From Owenia fusiformis (Eukaryota), in assembly GCA_903813345.2 (NCBI GenBank), contig CAIIXF020000001.1, positions 45,508,001-45,572,000 on the forward strand: a DNA stretch of 64,000 bases. Reading direction: 5' to 3'. The notes below the pieces were generated by a model. That model was not told the DNA's origin. It was given only the letters and a program-made list of their open reading frames with translations, and ran no database searches. The position numbers and the translations under genes are program-made. Positions 51,765-63,800 of this stretch are shown piece after piece (position 1 is the stretch's first letter; each line of letters opens with the position of its first letter).

Positions 51765-53448
51765 TTAAACTGCCATATTTGGCTTTTGTGGGCTGTTCCA
51801 TCTGCCTTTTATACCCGCTCTCAGTCTTTGAATTACATATTTCATTCGTTAAATGATATCTTTGGCGTAAATTGTTATGGTATTCCTTAAGAGTAACACA
51901 TTATATGCACAATATTGAATTTCTATTTTTGAACCCTACCGAAATAAGTTTGCCTATATTTACCAGATGGTTTATTTTTCTATGACATAGTTAATGCATT
52001 TTACCGAAAGCTAATTTGCTATTTACCGAATGCAATAAAGTAATATTCGATAACTTGCTTTGTTGTTCGATATTTTGTCACGTGACTTCGAGATTTGCAA
52101 AATGGCTGCGCAGCTGTTCTACATAGTACAAATATATCACGTGACTGAAAGTCTCGTAAATTATCGAAAAATAACGAAATTTATCGAATGTGGCATTCGG
52201 TATTTACCGAATATAAATAATTTAAATACCGAATGTACAAATAATTAATTGAATTATACGTGCGTTAAGGAAAACAAATTGATTCGCTGCATCACACAAA
52301 TACATGTATAAATATCAAATGTGAATGTCAATATAAAGAACAAGTGAAACTATTTAGCGAATATAAATTGTATAGATTATTACATTTGATAAAATAAAAA
52401 ACAGTCGATAGATTGGGTAAAGGTTTGGTAAATTGTTTGTTTTATTTGGTATTTATGGAATATTAACGTACCGAATAAAGAAGCAGTTTAAACACCATAG
52501 ACGTCAACGTGACAATAGAGATGTAAAGAGAATATAGAGAAAAGTATATAATATATTTCAAATTATATTGTCACCATTTATTCAAAAGATGACCATAAAT
52601 TGACGATGTGCAAAATTTTCAGAATTTTATGATGACTGGTTTAAGAGAAACGTGTGTTCAAAAAGTTCACCATATCGATACCAATCCTTTGTTTTTAATA
52701 TTTTTGGAGGTTTTTGAAAATGCTAAATCAGGAAATCAAAAACCTCAGGCCTAATGATTTCGATTTCAAGATTATTTCAATTTTGTTCTCAAGTTCGAAC
52801 ACTTTCTTGTGTTCTCGTTGCGCATTTTCCTTTAATGCGGCTATTTCATGAGCTTTCTTCTCTATATTTTTTTGCATTTGTGTTATGACATCATTCTAAT
52901 CACAAACTGGCAAATTACTCAGAAAAATGTGGAATTGGATCAATTTCAAAATGATGCATATTGTTTATATTTTCTGTAAAGGCCGATAAATCTATTAGCA
53001 CTTTCATCAATACGACGTTTTTCATTTTTTCTAATTGGGAAAGAAATCTGAAAACAAGTTTAGCTCGAATGAATATTTTCCTGTAAAATGGAGATTTTGA
53101 AGAGGTATCTTTATTAAGATAACCTTTGACACCAAATGACCTGTACACAATAAATAATGTATTTAACATTTCTAAATAAGTCATCGAGATGAATGAATTA
53201 TATAAAGCGATATGAGTTGATGACCAAAAAACGATTTGATTGTCATGATTTAAAAATTCTTGTATAGTGTTATATTAAACAGTGAGTAAGGTACCAATTA
53301 AAAATGTGAAATAAACAAACTCAATCTACACAGTTGGTAAGATGTTATCAAATATTTAGAGGTTATGTCACTATCGTGGCATACATACCCGAGGTCTCAG
53401 TGATATATGGCCCGACCTTGTGCCACGATAGTGACATAAACGATTTAT

Positions 53449-55877
53449 AACATACCTATGATGATGTAGACTGGTCAGAGAGTACCGTTTTCTTATAGAA
53501 TTGACAAACAAATGGTTTCACGCCTAACCATCGACAAGGTACAGTCACGTGACCGTGACAAAATATGCCGTAGTACACTTTTGATGTACAATGTCACTAT
53601 TAACTGATTTTAAGCAACTGATCATAGCATCCGACTATGATGTAGGTTTGATGCAGGTTTCAAAAATAAATTTGAGGAATACAAAAAGGATTTCCTGTTT
53701 GATTTCGCGTGCATTCGATTTCAAAGACATTTATTTTTCTAATTACGTTAAAAGATCTTCGAGCAGTGCTCGATTTTTTTCGTTGTACGTCTACCCATAC
53801 AATTGTTCGGTTGGAAAAATGTTGTTTTTTACACATTTCCTTCGATAATTTTCTCCCCTGACGTCTCGGAGTGTCGAATATTTTAATGAGAATGTGTTTC
53901 TCTAAACTGCACAATTTAAGACGGGTTAGGATTTAATAAATATTCATGCATTTGGTATAATTTAAAAAGTCAGAAATGTACGTTGTCAACTCACAGTATA
54001 TGTTGTCCCTGTAATTGAAATTCATGAGTTATAATATTAAACATTGCAATGATTTAATTTCAAAATGCATTAAGGGTTTTATGCGTAACAAGTGATGTTC
54101 AACGAACATGCTCCTGAATCCCAAATACAGATAAACAGGTAAACGTGATTTTTTCGTTGAATGCTATTTTATTTTATGAAAGTGTTAATATGGTGATTAA
54201 TATGTGACCATGGCGTGATATCTTCCGACCTTTTTGGCCACTCGGCGTCGGTACGTTACGTTATGTTTAGTTGCATTTTTATGAATTTTAATAATCTCAA
54301 GGAGTTCATGGAGAGATCTACGATATACTAGCAAGATGACTTTCAAAATTTATGCTATAGGGTGTCCCGAAAGTATGGGCCCCCTAGGCAGACATATACC
54401 AATGTCTCCATAGTATGTGTCATATATCATTTTAGAGCTCATCCAAAGTTATTTTAATTTGCCGAGTATCATGGTTCAACTCACAAATGGAAAAAGTTAC
54501 AGGAATACAAAAGTTAGTGTTTGGCCAAAATTAAAGTCAGTTTTACATCAAAACAATAGTCGGTGTGTCTCCTTAGCCGCCATGTTAACAGCAGCAATAC
54601 TTTCCATATATGACCTTAAACAGGCTTCAAATGGGGATATGGCGTTTTGTAATCCTCATGAAACCTTTTTAAGGCATAAGAAGAGTTTCCTTGGAGTATC
54701 TACCCTAAACGTCATCTTTTTAGAACTCAATAGCCATCCTATCTTCGAGAATGGCATCCATATTTTCTGTCACAGGGTCAGGGCTGTTTCCAGGATACTG
54801 AAATGAACTATCTTTTTGACAAAACGCTAATTTTTGAAATGCCTGTTACTTTTTACCATTTGAACCATTATATTTGGCAAATCAATGTAACTTTGGATGA
54901 GCTTAAAAATGATATATGACACATACTATGGAGACATTGGTATATACTGCCTAGGGAGGGGGCATACTTTGGGACACTGTATATCTGGAAAGTGCAGAAG
55001 TTCAAAAACCAGGTATTGAACACAAAAAAAAGAATTAGTAACATTGACATTTAATCATATCAATGACAATTTTATGGATTAACGGAAAAAATATTAGGGT
55101 AAATATATCCGATATGCCTATTAAATATTATTACTTTATTATCAAATATGTTCCTTACACGTACATTATAGCATTTCATCCACTGTAAAATTAACTGTGA
55201 ATTGAGATCTGTAAGGCCAATGTGACAACATACATTCGAGTTGACAACATACATTATCTATTTTTCGTAGTAGCATCCAAAGTAAAAAGCGGTTTTGCAT
55301 TAACTCTGAATGTATATTTGTATACTTATCGTAAGTTGTGTTAGTCGTAGTTTGGCTGTTATTTGCATAGCAAAACAAAAATTAGAGAGAATTTTGAGAA
55401 ATTCAGTCAAGATTTAGAGATCCCTGACGTGCTGGGTAGATCTATAACAAGATATTGAAGTTGCTGAGGATCATTTAAAGTAGATATGCATATTTGCAAC
55501 TTAATTACAAATCGAATGCAACAACTACCTGATGATGAACTGACACAATATTGATCAAATCAATGCTAGTTCTTTCCTCGCTTCCTCATTCTAGAAAATG
55601 GCGATCTAAAATGGCGGAAATGACATAGTACATCAAAAGTGTACTACGGTATATTTTGTCAATGTCACGTGACTGTACCTTGTCGATGGTCAGGCGTGGG
55701 TTTGAAAATGATTGAAATGAGTTTAGAAAAATTGCTCGCGCAGTTTTAACTTCGATTGATTGGTTATTACGTCAGCGCCTTGACCAATCAGAAAGTTATC
55801 GGGCGCGGGCTTTTCAAAACTTATATTGGCCCGCTGTCTTGTGTACACTTTGCACTATACATCATCATAGGTATGTG
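53449..55877. mobile_element. ~2.4-kb element with inverted arms, preceded by a palindrome at 53362-53441
   Basis: acatacctatgatgatgta / tacatcatcataggtatgt, and cacgcctaaccatcgacaaggtacagtcacgtgac...gtagtacacttttgatgtac versus its reverse complement at 55621-55698. Confidence 0.7.
54359..54980. mobile_element. Degraded Tc1/mariner-type MITE nested in the previous element
   Basis: ta ggggtgtcccgaaagtatgg ... gcatactttgggacactg ta. Confidence 0.5.
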
Positions 55878-55982
55878 ATAATGTACCTTACATTTTCCAA
55901 ATACAGCAAACGATACTTTTTACAGGATCCCACCCTTGGTGCACCACAGGTGCATGTGTAGTCTGAAAATACTACTGAATAA

Positions 55983-56243
55983 TAAGGATTTGTATCGATA
56001 TGGCGAACTGAATTCAACATTGTTTTTCTCTTAAACCAATTATTGAAAACATTCTGTAAAAAACACGTATACAACATTTTCTTAGACCTCTCAATACTAT
56101 AGTAATACAAAAGAAAATTTAGTCAATTTAAGAAAAAGTATTCAAAAAATTAAAACAAAAACCCCATTTTGTTCAAATGAGGTTCGGATAGATGTTTCGA
56201 TTCATTCCGAACATCAGTTCGCCATATCGATACCAATCCTTTA
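55983..56243. mobile_element. MITE, ~260 bp
   Basis: TIRs aaggatttgtatcgatatggcgaactga / tcagttcgccatatcgataccaatcctt. A further TIR-like copy lies at ~52665-52691. Confidence 0.75.
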
Positions 56244-56372
56244 CACGTAGCATCTAAGAAGTTTTATTTATAAAAGACAAATTGCGTCATCTATTTCTCA
56301 TTAAAGAATAGACTTTGAAACTCTCTATTACTAAGGTAGTTAGTTATTTACAAGACTGTGCTCGCGTGGAAT

Positions 56373-56527
56373 ATGAATGCTTATACCTGTTTAGTTTTTG
56401 TGTTTGTTGGAATTGTGGCTGGTGGAAATGAACGAAACAGCAGATGGACACATGTGCGCACGGTGGACAGTGGTTTCGCAAATGGATTGGAGGAGAAACT
56501 AAAAGGGATTGAACAGCGCCTCTATAG
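56373..56527 (+). CDS. Linker-like gene coding exon 1 (signal peptide, start of coiled coil)
   Basis: ATG 56373, hydrophobic leader, donor TATAG|gttggt, phase 2. Confidence 0.75.
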
Positions 56528-59500
56528 GTTGGTTAATTATATTATTTCTTATAAAGGCTGCTTTCGCAAAAGTCACGTGATCACAGTCAGTCGACGACGG
56601 GCTATTCGTTATTTCAACCTCAAAATGACGGTTTGATTTATAATGCAAATTAGTAGGTTAATAAATCCGGCAGCCGGCAGATGCATTTGCGAAAACATGC
56701 TTAGTCGTTTGTATTGGCAGGCTTGTGAAGTGTTACTATACAGTGCGTATCAAAAAAACGCAACAGATTGTTATCTTGGAAAAGCACAAAGCAAGTGATA
56801 ACAGCATTGATTTCATTCAATGCACCATAAAGCCATGTGTCTCGGTTTATTCCCATTTCGCCCCTTCCCATTTCGCCCCTTCCTATTTCGCCCCTCATTT
56901 ATTCCCATTTCGCTCCTTCCCAATTGGCCCCTTTCCCATTTCGCCCCTTTCCCATTTTGCCCCTTTGCCATTTCACCCCTTTCCCGTGTTGCCCCCTTCC
57001 CATATCGCCCCTTTCCCTTATCGCCCCTTCCCATTTCGCCCCTTCCCATGTCGCCCCTTCTCCATTTCACCCCTTCCCATTTTGCCCCTTCCCATTTCGC
57101 CCCTTCCCAATTGGCCCCTTCCCATTTCGCCCCTTCACTTTTTGCCCCTTCCCAATTGGCCCCTTTCCCATTTCGCCCCTTTGCCATTTTGCCCCTTTGC
57201 CTGATTTAAGGTCATTGGGACTCTTGTGAACCTCTGTGACCCATGATTAAGTGAACTAAGGTCAAGGTCATTCCAAGGTCAAGGGTCAGTATCTAGGTAT
57301 TTTACTTTTTAATACCTAGGGGCGAAATGGGAAGGGGCGAAATGGGAATGAACGAGGGGGCGGAATGGGAAAGGGGCCAATTGGGAAGGGGCGAAATGGG
57401 AATAAATGAGGGGCGAAATGGGAAGGGGCAAAATGGGAAGGGGCCAATTGGGAAGGGGCGAAATGGGAAGGGGCGAAGGGGGAATGAGGGGCGAAATGGG
57501 AAGGGGGCATAATGGGACGGGGGCGAAATGGAAGAGGGGCGAAATGGGAAAGGGGCAATTTGGGAAAGGGGCAAAATGGGAAGGGGCGAAATGGGTAGGG
57601 GCGAAATGGGAAGGGGCCAAATGGGAATAAATGAGGGGCAAAATGGGAAGGGGCAAAGTGGGAAGGGGCGAAATGGGAAGACACCATGTGTCTCCATTCT
57701 TTACAATGATATATCATTCATTGATATTTGGTCATGGTTGGGTGAGTAATCATTCCATTTGCAAAGTGGGCCAAAATTAGCTTCGGGCCAAGTTATCAAC
57801 ATTGCAAAAGTCAGTGTACGGAGCCCGATGCAATATTGGACGAAAACATAAAACCAATGCTGACTGCATCCCTTTAATTCAATGTACCAAAAAGCCAAAT
57901 TACTCCTCTTTGCAATGGAATATCATTCATTCACAGGGAGTCATCTCTGGCCGAATAATCATTAATTTTGCAAAGTGGGGCAAAATTCAGCTCGGACCCA
58001 AGTTTAAAACATTGCAAAAATCAGTACAATGGGCTATATTGGAAGAAGGTGTGACGGGTATGGCATAGACAGTAAAGTGTTTATACTCATACTCTTGCAA
58101 GAATACATCCTATACCCCTTCAAATTGCCACCACTTCCTTGCACATAAAGATGTGCTCATCTGTGCACGACATGCATGGTTCAGCCCTGAATCATGTGTG
58201 GGTTAAAGCAAAGAAAAGCAGCCCATGGGCAAATCAAATCTTTCTCGAGGTTTTGCAATATCTGGTGGAGGAATTGTGAGCACAGATGCTCCTGAGATAC
58301 AGTAGCTCCAAAAGAAAAAGTCACAACAATTCAAGTCAAGGGAACTTCCATTGGCACTTAGCCCTTGCACTGATTTTTTCAATATCTAAAACTTGGCGCA
58401 GAGCCGATTTTGACCCACTGTGCAAATGGAAGGATTTCTCACCCAACCATTACCACATGTGAATGAATGACATATCATTGCAAAGAGGAGAGACATGGCT
58501 TCATGGTACATTAAATGAAATTGATGTAGGCATCACTAGTTTTGTGATTTTACGAGATAACCATGTTGCGTTTTTTTTATACGCCCTGTACAGAATCGAA
58601 ATTTAAACATTTGTAAATACAGTATTCACATGGAGTATATACTCTGTATAAGTGCCTTAATTGATATTCGTGTTTTTAACTTGACATGATTAGTCCTAGG
58701 TTCATAAGAGGTAATAATTGACCTACCCATATTAGCTAGTTTGATAAAGCAACCATAGGCTCGAGAACATGTGCAAAATCGAGTCTGAGTCCAAGAAAAA
58801 ACATTCATATCACACACTAAACAGATACGGATGCATATATTTAAATATATCTTATGTTTAAAATATATATCATAGAAAACCAGCTATATAACCACCCTGC
58901 TATAGCATGACGGTTACGTTACCTCTCAAAACGAGGTTGGACGGCGACGTTCACTGATTTATCCAATAAAATAGCCGCGATGGAACAGACAACTAAGGTT
59001 GGTGCATTATTTTCTACTACTGTGTATCAATGAAAGGATGAACGATTTATGTAAGCATCGCATTCGGTGATGCATTTATTAATGTATATTTTGAACGTAG
59101 TGTTTGCAAATTGATGCCCGGGAGTTTGAAATTCAAAACTACACAAAATTTAGTAATTTTTTTTTATTTTTGTCGTTAGTATAACATATAAAATATTGCA
59201 TATTTGCACGGCGTATTGTTTTGGCGTCACTACATTTTAAGTAATAAAACGGTGTCTTATGCTTGAAAAAAGGTTATGTGATATGTATAAAAGGTATGGT
59301 ACAGGGTGACAACAAAAAAGCTTTACCCAAAATAATGCAGTATATTATTATCAAAGTGATAGTTTGGGGATATGATGTTATGATGATAATGATCAAAGAT
59401 TGAACATGTTATGCAATATATTATTCAGGGTGGAAGACAAGTTTAAGACTATTTCCAAAACACAAGAAGAGAATTTGGAACAGACAAAGATGTATAGTAA

Positions 59501-62345
59501 ATATGCAAAGATCAACACGGAGATCGTGTACAAGATGAGTACGTTATTTTACAGGCTTATTATTATCTTTTTTAAAAGTATTGGCTGATTTTTTATGTCC
59601 ATAATAAATTATTACGTTTTTTAACAGAGGGTTGGGGCTTATAGCATTATCCCCCTCCCCTAATCTAACATTATTGTTATTTATACGATGATAATGTGTG
59701 AGGAATATATTGATGTTACTTGTAATTTCATAATACCATCCTCTTTTGGAAAATAAGTCCAACATCTTGGAAATTTATCGTTTTGAGTGAGCTGGATTGA
59801 TAATTGTTAAATTATCTCGGAGACTTTACAGATTTTAGCATCGGAAATATCAAGCTTACGATTGTTTCAACCAACAAACTATCCCATTACCTTATAAATG
59901 ATAGAATAAGAGTATTCTCATCTCTTAAGAGATTATTACAAATGATTATTAAAAAGAATTGTTAATGTCTCATTATGGCCACCATTTTGGAATTTATACT
60001 CGATTTCTCAAATCTTACAAACGTTAATTTTAGCAAATAATTGCGACAAAGAAAGAAATCATCTTCGCTGTCTAGAGTCCGGCGAATGTATACATGAACT
60101 ACTGGTATTGTATAATATTAGTTAATCTGAGGTGCTTTTGCCTGTTTTCTTTATTAGACGCCATATTGAAAATCTGGAGTTAATTGCTTTCACCAGTTTT
60201 CTTTCGCTCCAGATTGAAAAGGTAAAAACTGTGTTACGCGGTATATGGCATACATTCATGGTTGCGCGGTATTTGTGATACGGGTGAATATGCCATACTC
60301 ACCTGCGGTATATGGCATATTCCGCAGGTGAGTATGCGATATTCCGCAGTGAATATGCGATACATTGATTTCAGTGATTACCCGATACTCACCTGCGGAA
60401 TATGTCATACTCTCTTGCGGAATATGCCATACACCGCAGGTGAATATGACATATACCGCAGGTGAAAAAGTGATACAGAAAGTCTTGATTTGATTGGTTG
60501 CGAGAATCGACTCTAAATCTAAAACTACGCTGTATTACCATTATGATTAGTGCGTCGAGTACTTATATATGAATCCTGGATTGATTGGGTAAGTTTATTA
60601 CGCGAGATTGGTGACTGATACTTCTGCTAAGTTAATATATTCGATACACAGTACTGTTGATTCAGTAATCATTACAATAATTAATAACGTTTTACTGTTT
60701 CGTTCAATCGATGCAATTGACAATTGCGTACTTCCGTATCACGTTCTCATTGGTTAGTTTGTATGCCATATACCGCAGGTGAATCTGCCATACACCGCAA
60801 TTGAATATGCCATATTCGTTGCGGAATATGACATATTTTTGTATCGTGTTTACCGCGTAACAAACTGGGTCATTTACTGATTTTCCTTATTTTTGCGATT
60901 CTGACACTATACTTTCATATTATTCTTCTACATTTGAGTACCAAGACTATGCTATTAGGGCTATCCATTTGCCGGTAGGAAGTATTTTGACCAACTTTTG
61001 AGATATGGTGTCCGAAAAGTAGGTCAAAATAAAAAGTTCTCCAAATTTAAAGTGTGAGTTATGAAAAAGTGTAGAATTATTCGCATTTGCCAGTATCCAC
61101 GTTGCGAATCGAATCGATCAAATATATTTTCAAAAATTCCAACCTATTGTCTTGGTCACATTTGCTCCGATTTTCACAACGGCGCCCGACGGATTGAGTA
61201 TTTTGTTCAAAATTGAATACAATATTGAACAAAACACTTAATCGGGCAGGCGCCGACCGATGGATCGGAGCAAATGTGACCCAGGCATATACCTACTAAT
61301 GCCTGGGTCACATTTGCTCCAATTCATCGGCTGGCGCCCGGGCGATTGAGTATTCTGGTCAAAACTGTATACACTTTTGAACAAAATACTCAATCGGCCG
61401 GGCGCCGGCCGATGAATCTGAGCAAATGTGACCCAGGCATTACTCAGCTACCTACATAGCTTCTTACTCAGCTACTTACTTAGATATTTACCCAACTACT
61501 CACTCAGTTACTTACTCAGCCACCTACTTAGCTTTTTACTCACTACAGTTACTTACTCAGCTACTTACTCAACGACTATTAGTTCTGTATTTTTGTATGC
61601 CCGCTTTGCTAGTGAATTGTGTAATGTTTGCAGTGCTCATTACACCCTCATGAGTTTTCAACAAAAAAGCTCATTCAAGCGCACTAACACTCACATTATT
61701 CTTTTGAAAGACGTCTGTTGGTGCACTAGCAACAAACCGGCGCGGTTGACACACGCGAGCAGCCGACAAGGTTGCCACAGCGTAATTAGCGGTTTAAATG
61801 CGCTTGGATGAACTGCTTTTGTTGACAACGTCTGAGCATGTAATTTGCAGCGCGTGGGATTATTGTTCTTTTTCGTGATACCTAGGAGGAATACATTTTA
61901 TATATTATGCAATGCTCTCGCCCGCGGGCAGTTTAAAGGCGCAGTCTATGCTACTTACTCAGCTACTTAATCACACTGTTGCTTACGCAACTCTTCACTC
62001 AGCTGTCCAGGTCAAGTCAACCTGAAGTCTTAAATTGAACTTTGTTTGCCATTCTTTGATTCTATTTTCAATTGTCTCGTTAAGTTTAAAGGTTTTGTCA
62101 AGGTAAGATTACTAATTACGAAACAATTATCTGGATATATTAAAAAACGTTCAGTGAAAAATGCTTACACTAAATACCCTCCAAACGCAGTAATATCAGA
62201 TCCAGCTGAACAAATACTGATTCTGTTCATTTGTGATTGGTGATTGGCGTATGAAAATGATTGTACATATATGATGATATATTTTAGGCTTGCGATGGTC
62301 ACGTCGACTGTGCAGATGGTACCGATGAACGGGACGACGTTTGTA
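56373..62345 (+). CDS. Secreted coiled-coil + LDLa protein, giant extracellular haemoglobin (erythrocruorin) linker chain-like; 3'-partial, join(56373..56527,59429..59538,60034..60104,62288..62345)
   Basis: Four GT-AG exons with matching phases (2,1,0, then 1). MNAYTCLVFVFVGIVAG signal peptide; heptad segment LEEKLKGIEQRLYRVEDKFKTI; complete six-Cys LDLa CDKERNHLRCLESGECIHELLACDGHVDCADGTDERDDVC. Confidence 0.8.
56741..58588. mobile_element. Tc1/mariner-type non-autonomous element with long TIRs, interrupted by a foldback insertion
   Basis: TA|CAGTGCGTATCAAAAAAACGCAACA ... TGTTGCGTTTTTTTTATACGCCCTG|TA. The left arm resumes at 57695 after the insertion. Confidence 0.8.
56844..57685. mobile_element. 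MULE/foldback element whose arms are opposed arrays of a 15-bp repeat (CCCATTTCGCCCCTT)
   Basis: 9-bp TSD ATGTGTCTC (56835-56843, 57686-57694). Termini GGTTTATTCCCATTTCG / CGAAATGGGAAGACACC. ~110-bp unique spacer. Confidence 0.88.
59429..59538 (+). CDS. Linker-like gene exon 2 (coiled coil)
   Basis: ttattcag|G acceptor. VEDKFKTISKTQEENLEQTKMYSKYAKINTEIVYKM. Donor A|gtacgt, phase 1. Confidence 0.75.
60034..60104 (+). CDS. Linker-like gene exon 3 (first half of LDLa)
   Basis: aattttag|CA acceptor. TNNCDKERNHLRCLESGECIHELL. Donor CTG|gtattg, phase 0. Confidence 0.82.
60232..60862. mobile_element. TGT...ACA element with 5-bp TSD and subterminal repeats (Ginger2-like MITE)
   Basis: AACTG|TGTTACGCGGTA ... 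TACCGCGTAACA|AACTG. Multiple CACCTGCGG(T/A)ATATG / CATATACCGCAGGTG motifs. Confidence 0.75.
61153..61441. mobile_element. Two adjacent ~135-bp palindromic MITEs
   Basis: TIR (GCCTG)GGTCACATTTGCTC / GAGCAAATGTGACCCAGGC in both copies (61153-61287, 61298-61441); TA/TAA flanks. Confidence 0.8.
61441..61575 (+). repeat. Degenerate 12-bp minisatellite (TACTCAGCTACT)
   Basis: Repeated tactcagctact/tacttactcag; a few more units near 61950-62005. Confidence 0.75.
62288..62345 (+). CDS. Linker-like gene exon 4 (second half of LDLa)
   Basis: attttag|GCT acceptor. ACDGHVDCADGTDERDDVC. Donor A|gtgagt, phase 1. Confidence 0.85.
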
Positions 62346-62467
62346 GTGAGTCACAAAAATTAAAATAGAATCACCTGTGGAATAATTTGTTTGTATTTTG
62401 TTTATGTTTTGTACCAATATGTTTGAAATATTTGAAGATATGTTCATCTCATTATCCCATTATCTCA

Positions 62468-63800
62468 TTATCCCGAAGTTCGAGGGAGATATAGAGAATA
62501 TGTCCGTCCGTTCATCCGTCCGTTTGTCCGGTCGATAACTCAAATACTGGTAGACGGATTTAATTCAGATTTTAAAGGCCTTATAGATGTAGGACCTCTG
62601 CTAGAGAAGATATTTTCATATGGCCGCTCAATTAGAAATGACCGCAATTTTTCGTAAAAATGTGATATTTTATAACTCGAATATTATTTGGCGGATATGG
62701 TTCAAATTTTATATGTTGATGCCTAGGGACAAACAAACTCTGCTCAATAAAGAATTGTCAATATGGCGATTTCACTGGATTGATTTGGATCAAATTTTAT
62801 ATCCTAATGCTAAGGGACAAAGGAACACTGTTAGAGAGGACATTTTCAAAATGACAGCTGAATTTCAAAATGGCCACCACTGCTTTGCGATAAAGGAGGT
62901 CTGCTCAAGAAGATATTTTCAAGATGGCCGTTATTTTTTAAAATGGCCGCCATTTGACGTTAAAAAATGTAATCTCTTTGATATCCCAAATAACAGTTGA
63001 CAGATTTGGTTAAAATTTTAAATGCTGCTACTTAAAGACAAATGAGCTCCTCTCAAGCACGCCCGGTGATCGTGAATATGGGACGGAGGGGGAGCAGGCA
63101 ATTTCTGCTAGGAAATTCAACAAATCTGGAAGATTTATTTTTTCAAGAAAAAGTTTACTATTGAATTGCTAAATGGATAGGCGCACGGTATGGTAGAATA
63201 TGTTAGGTTTTCTGGGATTTTTTCTGAAACGATACGCATCTAAGGTATGAGATCTATTAAAAAAGGCGCAAGGCCATCAACAGGCACAAATCAACGTTTT
63301 TGCTATAAATCAAGCAACAATGGACTACACGACCTGTAATAAATACTTGTAAGTGATGTTATCATAACTAAATTAATGTCATTGCTGAATTTATAAAATA
63401 AGTTTCCATACGTAAAATAAAAAATAATCGAAAATAATTAAAATGGGACGGAGGGGGGGAGGGGAAAAGAAAACCTAACATATTCTACCATACCGTGTGC
63501 CTATCCATTTAGCAATTCAATAGTAAACTTTTTCTTGAAAAAATAAATCTTCCAGATTTGTAGCTCCGTCCCATATTCACGATCACCGGGCGTGCTTGAG
63601 AGGAGCTCATTTGTCTTTAAGTAGCAGCATTTAAAATTTTAACCAAATCTGTCAACTGTTATTTGGGATATCAAAGAGATTTGGTTTATATGCTCATATG
63701 CTCTGTTCAAGAATAAATTTTCAAGATGGCCACTATTTATCAAAATGTGTTTTGTTCGGTGGGATTTGCTACTCTGTGGAGTTGCTGTTTTTCTAGTTAC
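62468..63800 (+). mobile_element. HINE/DINE-1-like Helentron-associated element, rearranged by an internal inverted duplication
   Basis: 5' ttatcccg..ggagatatag followed by a (GTCC)n microsatellite; internal tandem units with caagatggcc; 3' ggtgggatttgctactctgtggagttgc stem-loop, then ctagtt. Confidence 0.72.

Noticed and set aside
51930..52480. Region with repeated TACCGAA/TTCGGTA motifs suggesting a MITE
   Set aside because: Could not define termini or a TSD.
56180..56220. Possible minus-strand hammerhead (CTGATGT...CGAAAC)
   Set aside because: The core deviates from CUGANGA, there is no convincing stem, and it overlaps a MITE TIR.
56725..57749. Cluster of Pro/Phe- and Gly-rich ORFs resembling collagen or extensin
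   Set aside because: Translations of a stop-free 15-bp minisatellite in all frames inside a TSD-bounded transposon.
61428..61811. 127-aa Leu/Ser/Tyr-rich ORF
   Set aside because: Derived from a 12-bp minisatellite and a MITE end, within an intron.
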